From an uncultured Rubripirellula sp. (GTDB lineage Bacteria > Planctomycetota > Planctomycetia > Pirellulales > Pirellulaceae): a stretch of 64,000 bases of DNA. A program made the translations under genes and the position numbers. Within the stretch, counting starts at the first letter, position 1, and the number at the start of each line of letters is the position of its first letter. The stretch covers positions 1-64,000 of the forward strand of contig CALKGR010000001.1 of assembly GCA_938085445.1 (NCBI GenBank), in the 5' to 3' direction. A model generated the notes under the pieces. The model saw nothing but the letters and a program-made list of their open reading frames with translations, did no database searches and was not told the origin of the DNA. Shown piece after piece: positions 36,955 through 47,326 of this stretch.

Positions 36955-38643
36955 TTATTCAGTGTTTTCGCGGAGTCGGTCAAAGTACTGCTGAGCGTGC
37001 TCTCGCTCGGCTCTCGGTAGCGTTTGATTTTCGCTGGCGTCGATCTTATCAGGCTGTGATCCCTGTATGGCCTGCTTGATGTCTTCACGGGTGATACCTT
37101 TCCGATTTGGACCATCGGCAAAACCCGTGATCACGGCCTTTCCTTTCTTTACTTGCCCTCGTACCTGCGTTTCATAGGTATTGGTATCCGTCTCCGACTC
37201 AGGTCGGTCACCTTGTCCCGTGCCACGACCAAGCCCGTCACCCTGACCTTGCCCATCACCCTGACCTTGTCCCTGACCTTGTCCCTGACCATTACCCTGA
37301 CCCTGACCCTGACACTCTTTACATCCGCCGCCTTCACATTGTTGACAACGCATCTGACTCTTGGATTCCGAGAGAGAATCAAGTGCTGAATCCAGATCTT
37401 CCAATTCTGACATTTCCTGCTGCATCTGGCCTAACTGATCAGACATCTGCTGCAGTGCATCAGCAGCTTGGCTGGCATCACCATTTTCACATGCTTCTGC
37501 GGCATTCTTCATGGACTCTGCCATTTGTTTCATATTCTGCATTTGTGAATTCTTCTGCTGCATCTGATTCAACTTCTGTTGCATCTTCGCAGCATCACCA
37601 CTGCGTCCTTCTCGACGCGCCTGCTCGATCTGATCTTTCAGCTTTTGTTCTTTCTGCTTGTGCTCTTTGACCGCGTTGTCAAGCGCCGTCTGCATTTGCT
37701 GAACTTGCTTCTTCAGCTGTTCTTTCTCCGCCTCACTTAGCTGACCTTGACGCATCTTTTCCGCAAGGTCTTTCACCATATCTTTTGCTTTCGCCAGATT
37801 CCCCTGCTCAATCGCCTTTGCGACCTTGTCACCAGGACCGGCTTCCAAGCCCTTCATTTGCGACAACGCGCGTTTCATCTGCTCCGTGGACCCAAGCTGG
37901 CTGCGACGTTCTTCAAGTTGCTTTTTCAAGTCGTTCATCTCGATCATGGCATCCTTGCGATTCATATCGCTAGCCTTGGTAATTTTGTCGAGCTGGGACT
38001 CCATTTTCTTAAACATGTCCTCCGCTTCTTTCAGACCCTCTGCCTCAGCCTTTCGACGCTGCTGCTGGATTCTCTTTTTTAGTTTGGATGCAGCGGTTAG
38101 CACTTGCTTCACTTCTGTCTTGTCGACTTTAGGCGTCGTGCTGGCGCTGGTCTCGCTCATTGGCTCAGCCAACATCAAAACAACGACCAGCACGGGAACC
38201 ATCGACATAGGTAGCCAACCGATTTTAGTGGGCTTGATTCTGAACTTCTGGGCGACATCGACCTTGGCGGCTTTCTTATCAGCATCGGCAAGGAGTGCTA
38301 AACCGAAGTCACTATCACGATCAACCTCAGTCATTGAGATTGAGCTACTCAGTCTTTCACGCAACCCAAAACGCCTATCCAATTCAGCTGCAACTGCCTC
38401 AACCGACGGAGCCTTGGCAAAAGCATAGATCCCAGCGGCAACGAATGCTGCGACCAGACATCCGCCAATCCAGCTGTAATTCCAGGTACGAACATCTACA
38501 TCCATGAACCAAATCGCTGGCAGTGCAATGGCAACAATTGCGATCAACAAACCAGCGAAAAGAGCAACGCAAAACGCCTGTCCAAAATGCCCAAGAACCA
38601 AGCGACGGCGAGCACTGCGAACTTTGACTTCGATACGATTCAT
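36955..38643 (-). CDS. Membrane-anchored coiled-coil protein with CxxCxGxGCxxC motif and GQ repeats
   Basis: Three N-terminal TM segments around LRERLSS, a long Q/K/E coiled coil, CQQCEGGGCKEC, a (GQ)n tract and C-terminal AQQYFDRL. Confidence 0.8.
   Translation of the reverse strand: MNRIEVKVRSARRRLVLGHFGQAFCVALFAGLLIAIVAIALPAIWFMDVDVRTWNYSWIGGCLVAAFVAAGIYAFAKAPSVEAVAAELDRRFGLRERLSSSISMTEVDRDSDFGLALLADADKKAAKVDVAQKFRIKPTKIGWLPMSMVPVLVVVLMLAEPMSETSASTTPKVDKTEVKQVLTAASKLKKRIQQQRRKAEAEGLKEAEDMFKKMESQLDKITKASDMNRKDAMIEMNDLKKQLEERRSQLGSTEQMKRALSQMKGLEAGPGDKVAKAIEQGNLAKAKDMVKDLAEKMRQGQLSEAEKEQLKKQVQQMQTALDNAVKEHKQKEQKLKDQIEQARREGRSGDAAKMQQKLNQMQQKNSQMQNMKQMAESMKNAAEACENGDASQAADALQQMSDQLGQMQQEMSELEDLDSALDSLSESKSQMRCQQCEGGGCKECQGQGQGNGQGQGQGQGQGDGQGQGDGLGRGTGQGDRPESETDTNTYETQVRGQVKKGKAVITGFADGPNRKGITREDIKQAIQGSQPDKIDASENQTLPRAEREHAQQYFDRLRENTE
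37241..37311 (-). repeat. Imperfect 6-bp repeat encoding a Gly-Gln tract
   Basis: Run of CCCTGA/CCTTGT units. Confidence 0.85.
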
Positions 38644-38863
38644 TGTTTCGATCCTGAGAATGCATGGAGAACCGGGGTTTCACCGCTCCCGCTGATAGCC
38701 TGATAACTGCCTGCCCATGTAAAAAACAAGCGGCAAAGAGCTCTGGCTAATCTGTTTAATTATCGTACAATTAGTATACGAGGCTTGACCTCGGTTTTTT
38801 GAGGGCGAAAGTTCCCGTTTTTGAGAATTGACAGCGATTACGCGCTTTTTAGACGAAAATTTC

Positions 38864-39292
38864 ATGAGTCAACGCAACGAACTGCCCGATCCAGACAAAT
38901 TTCCCGACGCGGATGTCGTGATTTTTGATGGACAGTGCAACTTTTGCAAATCGCAAATAAGGGCACTACAACGTCTCAATTGCTGTGGAAATCGACTCAC
39001 ATTTATCTCGCTTCATGACCCAAGAGTCGCAGAGAAGTACCCGGACCTGACCCATGAGATGATGATGGCGCAGATGTACGTGGTAAGTCAGGCGGGAAGT
39101 CGGCACGGTGGTTCCGACGCGGTTCGATACCTCACCCGTCGCCTTCCCACTCTGTGGCTGGCGGCTCCCTTGCTGCATCTACCGGGTACAGCACGTTTGT
39201 GGCGGTGGCTGTACCAACAAGTCGCCAAACGACGCTACAAAATTGCTGGGAAATCCTGCGATGGTGACGCATGTAGCGTTCACTTTGATTGA
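38864..39292 (+). CDS. DCC (DUF393) family thiol-disulfide oxidoreductase
   Basis: VVIFDGQCNFC (DxxCxxC) and LYQQVAKRRY. Confidence 0.9.
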   Translation: MSQRNELPDPDKFPDADVVIFDGQCNFCKSQIRALQRLNCCGNRLTFISLHDPRVAEKYPDLTHEMMMAQMYVVSQAGSRHGGSDAVRYLTRRLPTLWLAAPLLHLPGTARLWRWLYQQVAKRRYKIAGKSCDGDACSVHFD

Positions 39293-39506
39293 CCGCACTC
39301 GCTGATGGCTTCTACAGTTGTTGCACAGACGAGTCGGGAAAAAACTAACTCGCCTGCACTGACTTCCATCCCTTGAGACTAGGCAACCAAAGGCATGCCA
39401 AGATCACGCACTAATGATGACGGAAGCTCGGGCCGTGGACCACGAGAGTTGACATTGAACCGGACAGAGCTGAATTCAAGTTCTTACCAACAAGGTAACG
39501 CCAGAT

Positions 39507-40307
39507 TTAGGCAAACCAGTTGACGGCATTTTGAAACATGACCATGCCATCGCCATATTCCGGTTGTTCGCTGCGGCGTGTCCAAGTGGGATGCTGAGTA
39601 GCATCAATGTGTCGTTCAGGATGGGGCATCAGACCGAATACCCGCCCACTAGCATCACAAACACCAGCGACGTTTGCATCAGCTCCATTAGGATTATGGG
39701 GAAAGGGAAGGACGTCATCCTGAACAGCACCCTGCTCTCCCTCGGCATATCGAATCGCCAGTCTACCTTGCTCGCGAAGCTGGTCCAGAATCTCCGGTTC
39801 AGCTGCTACAAACTTGCCTTCAGCGTGAGCCATTGGCAGATACATCCGCTCGACACCCTGCAGGAAAACACAAGGGGTTTTATCAACAGACAGGTGGACC
39901 CATCGATCTTCGAACCGACCGTGGTTGTTCCAAGTCAAAGTTGCCGGTGTCACATCCGCGCCACCAACACCCTCCGTTAATACACCAAGACGCATCAATA
40001 CCTGCATACCGTTGCAAATACCGAGGACCAATCGATCTCCGTTTCCGTGCACGAATTCCTGCACCAGATCCGCGAGATGCTGACGCAGTCTCGTCGCCAA
40101 GATTCTCCCGGCTGCAATATCATCGCCGTAGCTGAAACCACCAGGGACGCAGAGTACCTGATACCGATCTTTCAGTGCAGGATTTTCGATCAGGCGATTC
40201 ACATGCACCCGCTCTACTGACGCTCCGGCTCGCTCAAAGGCAAACCCCGTCTCTTCATCACAATTCGTTCCGGGTGCACGAAGGACCAAAACTCTGGGAG
40301 AAGTCAT
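39507..40307 (-). CDS. purQ: Phosphoribosylformylglycinamidine synthase subunit PurQ
   Basis: PGTNCD, PGGFSYGD, LGICNGMQ, AHAEG, NPNG, GLMPHPER. Confidence 0.96.
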   Translation of the reverse strand: MTSPRVLVLRAPGTNCDEETGFAFERAGASVERVHVNRLIENPALKDRYQVLCVPGGFSYGDDIAAGRILATRLRQHLADLVQEFVHGNGDRLVLGICNGMQVLMRLGVLTEGVGGADVTPATLTWNNHGRFEDRWVHLSVDKTPCVFLQGVERMYLPMAHAEGKFVAAEPEILDQLREQGRLAIRYAEGEQGAVQDDVLPFPHNPNGADANVAGVCDASGRVFGLMPHPERHIDATQHPTWTRRSEQPEYGDGMVMFQNAVNWFA

Positions 40308-40482
40308 TTCAGATCACTTAGGTCGCTGGTCTGGTAGTACGTCTGGTAGATCGCTGATTTGGGCGAGATTGGAAGTTTAGACCGCCAGTGGCCAATTGAG
40401 AACCACGTATCCCACAAGCCCTATGGATGCGTTAACCCCAACGATGCAATCATAACCGCGAAGCAACGGCAAGATCGGTTGT

Positions 40483-41928
40483 TCAACTGGTTGAATCCAG
40501 CTTGATTTGCAAGCGACCATGCAAACTGTCCCAGCCAACGACCATCCCTCTGCCCGTCCAAACACCCCTGCCCAATTGCTCGAACTCATCTCCCAAATCA
40601 TGGGGCACATACAGCACCAAAGGGAGCGTTGGGTCAGGATAGCGTGCCCATACGGCATACCCACCCTTATAAACATGAGGATCCTCATCGCCAGCGTATA
40701 GCAAGCGTCGTTCAACTTGGGCCTCGATGGTGAAGGAAAGCCCCGTCACGGCATCAACCACCATTTCAAGCTGGTCACGATCATTCCGAACAGCCCAAAC
40801 CTGGGCAACGGTCTCTACAAATGTCACACCTTCAGCCATCACAGAGTTCGAATTTTCTGTGACTGAGTCCTCAGATTGCGATTGTTCGTGAGCAAGCTGA
40901 CCTGACGCCATCGTTACGCCTTCGCCTGATTGATCACTTCCTGATCCAAGACGTTTCTCATCAGCTGGCACGATGTAAATCGACTTGTCTTTTCTCCAGT
41001 CTGGCCATCTGGGAATATCCACCTCGACTTCAATCGACCAAATCAACGAATTGTCCGTGAGCTTGACAGATAGCGCCGCATCCTCTGGTATTTGAAAAGA
41101 GAAAGGACAACGATTCTCAGTCCCAGCCTGAAGGGTAGTATTCGATTGAAGCTCTTGTATCTGGTCGAAAATTACATTCTTGTGGGTTCTTCTATTGGAT
41201 CCACTTCCACTGACACAAACTTCAGTTGCTCTCAACGCTACCGTAATTGCGTTTGGCACCACGGTCTTTCTTGTTTGTGTGATGAACTCACCAACAAGCT
41301 CACTACCCGGTGCCAAAGTATCTTCCTGAATATAGAAATTGGGTGTGCCAAGTAGGTACCTCGGAAGAAACTTTTGCTTCAACCAGAAGACGGCCGCAGC
41401 TAACCCAACAAAACTCAGTACCCCTAGCCCGATCCAACCTGTTAATAGTAACTGCGGTACGCAAAATGCGGCAACAAGCACCATGCCGATGATCTGGGGC
41501 ATCTTTGATTTCTTAAAAATCTGGCCAACTTCTTCAGCATGCCAACTCGGTAACTGAGTCACCCGCACCATAAAAGGTGTTGCTGCTTTGGGATCAAATG
41601 CCCAAGGTATTTTGGCTTTTGCTTCAACGTAGTGATCAATGGAAAGAAACTTTCCGTGATAAGTCTGCGGCCAATCCCCAGCAGACAAAGAGAATCGATA
41701 TTCATACTTCGTTCCCTGCGTCCACTGACCTGAAAACACCGTCGTCTCTTCCGCGGGACCACTGGTAACATTCCCCCGACCATGCGTCTTCCAGCCTGTC
41801 GACAGCACCAAGCCAGTACATTTGACGGTGGAGTCCACCTTGACATGCACGACACCCTGAACCTTTTCACCCTCGTGATAGACCCGATTCGGTTCATCCA
41901 ATTCAATTGACAAATCACATTTCGCCAT
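40483..41928 (-). CDS. Membrane protein with two arrestin/SpoOM-like beta-sandwich domains
   Basis: N-domain YHEGEKVQGVVHV...YEYRFSL...PQTYHG...IDHYVEAKAKIPWAFD; two TMs; second similar domain PGSELVG...PFSFQIP...WSIEVEVDIPRWPD; GGAGG-like RBS before the ATG at 41928. Confidence 0.7.
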   Translation of the reverse strand: MAKCDLSIELDEPNRVYHEGEKVQGVVHVKVDSTVKCTGLVLSTGWKTHGRGNVTSGPAEETTVFSGQWTQGTKYEYRFSLSAGDWPQTYHGKFLSIDHYVEAKAKIPWAFDPKAATPFMVRVTQLPSWHAEEVGQIFKKSKMPQIIGMVLVAAFCVPQLLLTGWIGLGVLSFVGLAAAVFWLKQKFLPRYLLGTPNFYIQEDTLAPGSELVGEFITQTRKTVVPNAITVALRATEVCVSGSGSNRRTHKNVIFDQIQELQSNTTLQAGTENRCPFSFQIPEDAALSVKLTDNSLIWSIEVEVDIPRWPDWRKDKSIYIVPADEKRLGSGSDQSGEGVTMASGQLAHEQSQSEDSVTENSNSVMAEGVTFVETVAQVWAVRNDRDQLEMVVDAVTGLSFTIEAQVERRLLYAGDEDPHVYKGGYAVWARYPDPTLPLVLYVPHDLGDEFEQLGRGVWTGRGMVVGWDSLHGRLQIKLDSTS

Positions 41929-42568
41929 CGACGCCACCCTCCAAACTTTTTTGGAACTGCAAGTACAATCTGTTCTCAATACCTCGAATGTCATTGCCAA
42001 ATTCTGCAACCAATGACTCAGCATCTTCGATCGAAACGACTGGTATCACACCACTCTGCAAACGCGAAGCCTCGATTCTCCGGTTCAACAATTCACAGAC
42101 AAGCTCTGGACCATTGCCCTCACCAATGTGCTCTGTGTGGACGCGATACCCGTGCTTCCGCAGTGACTTGCTCAAATCGTTGTGCGTGGCAAACACCAAA
42201 GAACACCGACTACGCAAAACGCTGCGCCGAGCAGACCAGGACAACCGCTGCGCTTCATCAACAAGAATGGGATTCCCTGAAAGAATTGGTGGGCAGGGTG
42301 GATGCTCGGGAATGTAGGTATAGCTTGACTCGGGTAAACTTGATCGTAATTTCAACATTCTAGTCGTCTTACCACGACCACATTCACCAATAAATTGTAC
42401 TGCCTGTCCAGGATCACCAAGCATCTCTATCAGGTAATCAACCTCCACAACTGCCAGTTCTGCTCGCTCATCCGGTGTCAGCTCACCAAATGGGTTTCGG
42501 TGCAAATTGAAGCGTGCCCAAGGCAACCAATCAATGGAAGACGATTTATCATCTGGCGTGAGCATCAT
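41915..42568 (-). CDS. Small P-loop (AAA-like) ATPase
   Basis: FNLHRNPF, Walker A GECGRGKTT, Walker B ILVDE, C-terminal GNDIR; overlaps the next gene by 14 bp. Confidence 0.75.
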   Translation of the reverse strand: MMLTPDDKSSSIDWLPWARFNLHRNPFGELTPDERAELAVVEVDYLIEMLGDPGQAVQFIGECGRGKTTRMLKLRSSLPESSYTYIPEHPPCPPILSGNPILVDEAQRLSWSARRSVLRSRCSLVFATHNDLSKSLRKHGYRVHTEHIGEGNGPELVCELLNRRIEASRLQSGVIPVVSIEDAESLVAEFGNDIRGIENRLYLQFQKSLEGGVDGEM

Positions 42569-42610
42569 TTTCCAGTCGATCTATTCTTTAGTTCCTGTCC
42601 GGACGATATC

Positions 42611-43342
42611 ATGTTCAGAGTATCTACCCCAATGCAAGCCATCGACATCGTGAATCAAAAAACTGGCAACAAGTACCTCTCACTTCGTTTGCTCGCACCA
42701 CTCACTCTCATCAGTTGTGGGGTCAGTCTCGCGATGAGTGGGTTTCAATTCTCCGATTTACGTGACGAATTGGCTCATCATGGAAAATGGGCACCAGTCC
42801 TATTCATGCTTTGCGGGGTAGCAGCCATGACTGTCTTGGTCCCAAAAACTGCCGTTTCCGCTTCCGCAGGCGCGCTTTTCGGAACTCTGACCGGTGGTTT
42901 CCTGATGCTATTCATTGCCGTAACCGCCGCAAGTCTAAACTACTGCATTGCCCGCTGGTGGCTACATGAAACAATTTGCACCAAATTGGCCCGCAAGCAA
43001 CAAAACCCTCGTTCCAATCGCCTCCATAACATACGCAATGTAGCTGCTAACGCAGGGTTCCTATTCCATCTGATGGTGCGTTTGACCCCCATTCCAACCA
43101 CTCTGATCAGCTACACCATGGGTGCCAGCGGCAGTCGCATGGGTCCCTTTCTACTGGCCGCTGCAGTCGCAGTTGTTCCTCAATTACTGTGGGTCCAAAG
43201 CGGAGCATCTGCCGCAATCATTGCTGAGGGATCCGCCTCAACGATTCACTGGGTGGCAGTCCTCACATCCGTTGCGGCAGCGATTCTAACCAGCATTCTG
43301 GTTCCAAAGATTGCTTTGCAACAAATCAACCTTGTGAAGTAG
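42611..43342 (+). CDS. TVP38/TMEM64 (VTT/DedA) family membrane protein
   Basis: LVP...SAGALFG...G, ARW, VRLTPIP...ISY..G pattern; start uncertain. Confidence 0.82.
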   Translation: MFRVSTPMQAIDIVNQKTGNKYLSLRLLAPLTLISCGVSLAMSGFQFSDLRDELAHHGKWAPVLFMLCGVAAMTVLVPKTAVSASAGALFGTLTGGFLMLFIAVTAASLNYCIARWWLHETICTKLARKQQNPRSNRLHNIRNVAANAGFLFHLMVRLTPIPTTLISYTMGASGSRMGPFLLAAAVAVVPQLLWVQSGASAAIIAEGSASTIHWVAVLTSVAAAILTSILVPKIALQQINLVK

Positions 43343-43354
43343 CATTGGTAAAGC

Positions 43355-43825
43355 ATGACAAGTGACATTTCATCGGAACGTCAGCAGCATCCCATGATCT
43401 ATCCCTCAGGGGTCGATCTTTGGCTCGTAGTGATGCTGATGTTGGCTCCCATGACCTCCCTGGTCATTGGTGTCTACCTGTTACAACAAGGGCAAAGCGG
43501 TGGCGCGATCACGCTGTTTTTATGTGCCGTCGCAACCGCCAGCCTTACCGCAGCAGCGACCCTTCCCTGCCGTTACACGCTGCATGATGACGCACTAACA
43601 GTCCGGTGCGGACTCCTGTGTTATCAGATTCCACTCTCCGAAATTACATCCATCTCTAAGTCAGAGACAATTCTCAGTGGCCCTGCACTTTCACTGAAGC
43701 GTGTTCTCATCAAAACGTCCAAACGCACACATATTCTATCGCCCAAAAAGCGTGAATCATTCATTCAGCATCTGGAACAATCGCTGCAAACACTTGATCG
43801 GGAACAACCACGCGAAGAATCGTGA
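43355..43825 (+). CDS. Membrane protein with bacterial PH domain
   Basis: Two TMs, then RYTLHDDALTVRCG, IPLSEITSI, PALSLKR, ILSPK. Confidence 0.8.
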   Translation: MTSDISSERQQHPMIYPSGVDLWLVVMLMLAPMTSLVIGVYLLQQGQSGGAITLFLCAVATASLTAAATLPCRYTLHDDALTVRCGLLCYQIPLSEITSISKSETILSGPALSLKRVLIKTSKRTHILSPKKRESFIQHLEQSLQTLDREQPREES

Positions 43826-43827
43826 AA

Positions 43828-44646
43828 TCACGATTGTGCTTTTGAGAAAACAAATTCGTTACAACCCCATCCATTTGCAACCGTCTTCATGTTTTCGAGT
43901 ACAAAACCGCGCTGCCGCAGGGGAACAACAATCTCTTCCGGCTTTGCAACTTCGAATGGCAGGCCTCCTATCCAGTCAACCCAGTCATGCCATGCCGACA
44001 TCCCTCGATCCTGTCGTTTGGCATGCCAATCCCGAAACGGCAGAGGGTTCCTGAATCGAACCAAGCGAGCCAAAACGAACTTGAATTCGTAGATGCCAGC
44101 TACTGAAAGCACCCAGAAAAACCGGAACCATGGTGGTATCCCGTTGTAGATTTTTTTGATCTGCAACCAACGACGACTGGCCCCTCCCTGATCATTGTAA
44201 ATCGCCAAGCAGAATAGGCCTTTGGGCTTGGTCCTTTCAGCTGCCATTGAAATTGCTTTGTTCATGGCCCCGGTATGGTGCAGCACACCCCATGAATAGA
44301 CAATGTCCGCATACCCCAAACTCTGCATCAACACATCATCAAGAACAGACCCTTCTTTTATTTCCCACTGCTGCGACTTGGATCCAAATCGTTTGCGTAG
44401 TTCTTCACTGCAGGCTACCGAAAACCTGTCATAATCAATCGAAATGACGTCAGCACCCAAACGCTGCGCCGCCAGGGAAAACAAACCACTTCCACACCCT
44501 AGATCCATAAAGCGTTTGCCGTCAAGCGTCTCAAGCCCCAGTGACTGCTGCAGAGAGATCACCGCCTGATCAATGCGGTCCTCGTCTAATTCAGCGAGAA
44601 ACGCCTGCCAATTTTTTCCAAAAGCAAAGCGGGCTTCTTTGGTCAT
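43828..44646 (-). CDS. Class I SAM-dependent methyltransferase
   Basis: RFAFGKNW, FMDLGCGSG, DIVYSWGVLHHTG, DWIGGLPFE. Confidence 0.9.
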   Translation of the reverse strand: MTKEARFAFGKNWQAFLAELDEDRIDQAVISLQQSLGLETLDGKRFMDLGCGSGLFSLAAQRLGADVISIDYDRFSVACSEELRKRFGSKSQQWEIKEGSVLDDVLMQSLGYADIVYSWGVLHHTGAMNKAISMAAERTKPKGLFCLAIYNDQGGASRRWLQIKKIYNGIPPWFRFFWVLSVAGIYEFKFVLARLVRFRNPLPFRDWHAKRQDRGMSAWHDWVDWIGGLPFEVAKPEEIVVPLRQRGFVLENMKTVANGWGCNEFVFSKAQS

Positions 44647-45048
44647 GCGTTTGGTTTCCTAAAGAAGCTGCCCAATGACTGACACTTGCATTGGCTCATT
44701 CAGCTCAATGGATTTTGAAAGTTTTCCGCCCCAGTGTAATCCCATCGCTATGGAATCCCATCGCCGTTACGGCGTAAAAACCACTCGCGGTGAGCAACAA
44801 AGATCCTCAGAGCTGGAAAGTCTCATCCAAAACGGGCAAAGTCCATGTATTTGAATAGTCTCACGAATAAAAAAATCTTACTGTGTGATTTCCACGCTGA
44901 CTACATCACCAAATCACCATGAAGCTGTAATCACGTCTTTCTGTTGTGTAAGGATCGTTGCCTAGTTTATAACGAACGACACCTATGGGACGTCACTACT
45001 CCCACACGCAGAAACATTTCCAGGCAGTCCTTGAGTCAAAGATCGCTG

Positions 45049-46134
45049 ATGAGCCAAAACCACAATCGTCGTTCATTTCTTAAAATAGCCGCGGGCGCTT
45101 CGGTAGCTTGCCCTGCTATCGTCACCAGTAAACGCTCCGCAGCTCAAGAGGTAATAGGAACCGGTGACCACCAATTCAAGTGTCAGCATCAATTCCCACA
45201 ACTACCAAGCCAATACTCATGGCAAACAACGCACAATGTAGCTGTCGATCCTGACAACAACTTGTATGTCATCCATGAGGGAGAAGCCAGCAAGACCGAC
45301 CATCCCTCCATTTTCGTGTTCGACTCGGATGGACAATTCATGCGGGCTTTTGGACAACAGTTTCAGGGTGGAGGGCACGGACTCGAAGTCAATGTAGAAG
45401 ACGGTGTCCCCTATCTCTACGTGGCGGCTTATCAACAAGTCAAATCGATCGCCAAGTTAACATTGAACGGTGATTTAGTTTGGCAAAAATATGCGCCTAT
45501 CCAGAGTGGGCACTATGCGACTGGCGAAGCGAGCAATCCACGGCGGGCTTGGGGACGGAACCGTTTCCTACCCACGAACTTCGCGTTTCTACCCAACGGG
45601 GATTTTTTACTCGCAGATGGTTACGGCTCCTACTACATCCACCGCTATGACAAGGATGGCAACTGGTTGTCATCCTTTGGAGGCGCCGGCAAGGGCCGCG
45701 GATCATTTAATTTACCCCACGGTTTGTGGGTCGATACAAGGGAAGGAGGCGCCCCCGAGATCGTGGTCGCTGACCGCGCGAACAATTCTCTGCAAATTTT
45801 TGATCTTCAAGGTGAATATCAAAAGACGGTAAATGGCTTTGGCTTACCCGCCAATATCGATACCAACGCTGAGTTAATGCTCGTACCAGAACTAGTAGCA
45901 AGGGTTTCACTACTTGACCGGCATCACAATACGATCGCAACGCTTGGTGATGACCGCGAACGTGTACTCAAAGACAAGCAGGACACGAAAGGCTTCTCGA
46001 TCCGGACAGACGAAACAAAATGGCAGCAGGGTAAATTTGTGCATCCCCATGACGCTTGCTTTGATCTGGAAGACAATCTCTATATTGCCGAGTGGGTCAG
46101 CACTGGCAGAATCACCAAGCTGTCGCGTGTGTAA
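45049..46134 (+). CDS. Tat-exported NHL-repeat (6-bladed propeller, PAL-like) protein
   Basis: Tat motif NRRSFLK; ADGYG, FNLPHGL, VADRAN, FVHPHD, YIAEW. Confidence 0.85.
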   Translation: MSQNHNRRSFLKIAAGASVACPAIVTSKRSAAQEVIGTGDHQFKCQHQFPQLPSQYSWQTTHNVAVDPDNNLYVIHEGEASKTDHPSIFVFDSDGQFMRAFGQQFQGGGHGLEVNVEDGVPYLYVAAYQQVKSIAKLTLNGDLVWQKYAPIQSGHYATGEASNPRRAWGRNRFLPTNFAFLPNGDFLLADGYGSYYIHRYDKDGNWLSSFGGAGKGRGSFNLPHGLWVDTREGGAPEIVVADRANNSLQIFDLQGEYQKTVNGFGLPANIDTNAELMLVPELVARVSLLDRHHNTIATLGDDRERVLKDKQDTKGFSIRTDETKWQQGKFVHPHDACFDLEDNLYIAEWVSTGRITKLSRV

Positions 46135-46156
46135 CTGCTGGCTTCGTCACACAGCC

Positions 46157-47326
46157 CTACTTGGTAAGTGAGGCTTGTCGCTTGTCTGAAGCCGGACTGC
46201 GCCGGTTCGCAAGTACCAGTAACCCAGCGAAAGTCAACGCAATACCGAGTGAAAGTGGCCATGTGACAGGCTCTGAGAATACAATCACACCAGCAATGGC
46301 TGCCATCGCCACCTGCGACGCATTGATGAGATTTACAGCCACAACCGGCAATGCCTTCAATGAAACTGACAATGCGACGAAAGCACTTAAATTCAACGCG
46401 CCCGCTGCAGCCATCATTGACCACTGGGATCGATCAACCACCGCAAGTGAATCGAGCCCGGAATTTGCAAGTGTGACTGCCCAAAGCGACAGGGTTCCGA
46501 CAAGGCCACTAATAAACATTGTGGCTGGGGCCGAAACTCCCCCTCTCATCGTTTGCCGCATGACGGCACCAAAAAGAGCATAAGCAGCTCCGGACGCAGC
46601 CGCGCACAGTGCTCCAACCCAAACAGGGTGCTCTGTGATGGAAGTTTCAGGTGTTTCGGAAGTGCTGGGATGGGAGAGGATGACCACCGCAATGATGATC
46701 ATCATCATGGCCGCAATGGTTCGCAAACGAACAGGCTCTCGCAGCAATACGCGACCCAGAATTGCACCACCGACGATCAACACACCTAAGGTAATCGGTA
46801 CAGAGGCAGCCAATCCGATAGTCCCCAGTGCAACTTGAAATGCTGCATTGCCGACGAACTGCCCGATGAGGCTGACAACGATAAACCGCGGAATCAGCCT
46901 GCGACTCGTCGCCAAAGCCTCGCCTCTCGCCAACATCCACAATAGAAATGGACCCAAGACGATGACCGTGGGAACTGCCTTGACTGCTGATACCAAAAAA
47001 GGATCCACCGCCACGCAGTGACGCAATGCGATGTTGGCCATCGTGTACAAAACGGCTGCCGAAAGCCCAAGGACAACCCCCATCACATTACCGACCGGTG
47101 GCCTCAATTCACGACGTGATCTGATTTCAACTTGGCTGGTTTTTTCGGTAGCTGCCAATGGCTTGGATCTGAGCGTTTCAACAACTTCTACACTCAATGC
47201 TGCATCCTTCGACACGGCATCGGCTGATACCAAATCGCTTGACTCTACATCCCTCAAAGAATTTTCCGTTTGCAAAATTTCTTCACAGGCATGGTCGGGC
47301 TCGGTTTGGACTTCAGGATCATTCAT
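46157..47326 (-). CDS. DMT/EamA family transporter
   Basis: About 10 TM segments in two EamA repeats (GRVLLREP; GVIVFSEP) after a hydrophilic N-terminus. Confidence 0.85.
   Translation of the reverse strand: MNDPEVQTEPDHACEEILQTENSLRDVESSDLVSADAVSKDAALSVEVVETLRSKPLAATEKTSQVEIRSRRELRPPVGNVMGVVLGLSAAVLYTMANIALRHCVAVDPFLVSAVKAVPTVIVLGPFLLWMLARGEALATSRRLIPRFIVVSLIGQFVGNAAFQVALGTIGLAASVPITLGVLIVGGAILGRVLLREPVRLRTIAAMMMIIIAVVILSHPSTSETPETSITEHPVWVGALCAAASGAAYALFGAVMRQTMRGGVSAPATMFISGLVGTLSLWAVTLANSGLDSLAVVDRSQWSMMAAAGALNLSAFVALSVSLKALPVVAVNLINASQVAMAAIAGVIVFSEPVTWPLSLGIALTFAGLLVLANRRSPASDKRQASLTK

Noticed and set aside
40308..40482. ZTP riboswitch upstream of purQ (ACTGGCG on the minus strand)
   Set aside because: The 3' CGCCTGGGC pseudoknot element was not found.
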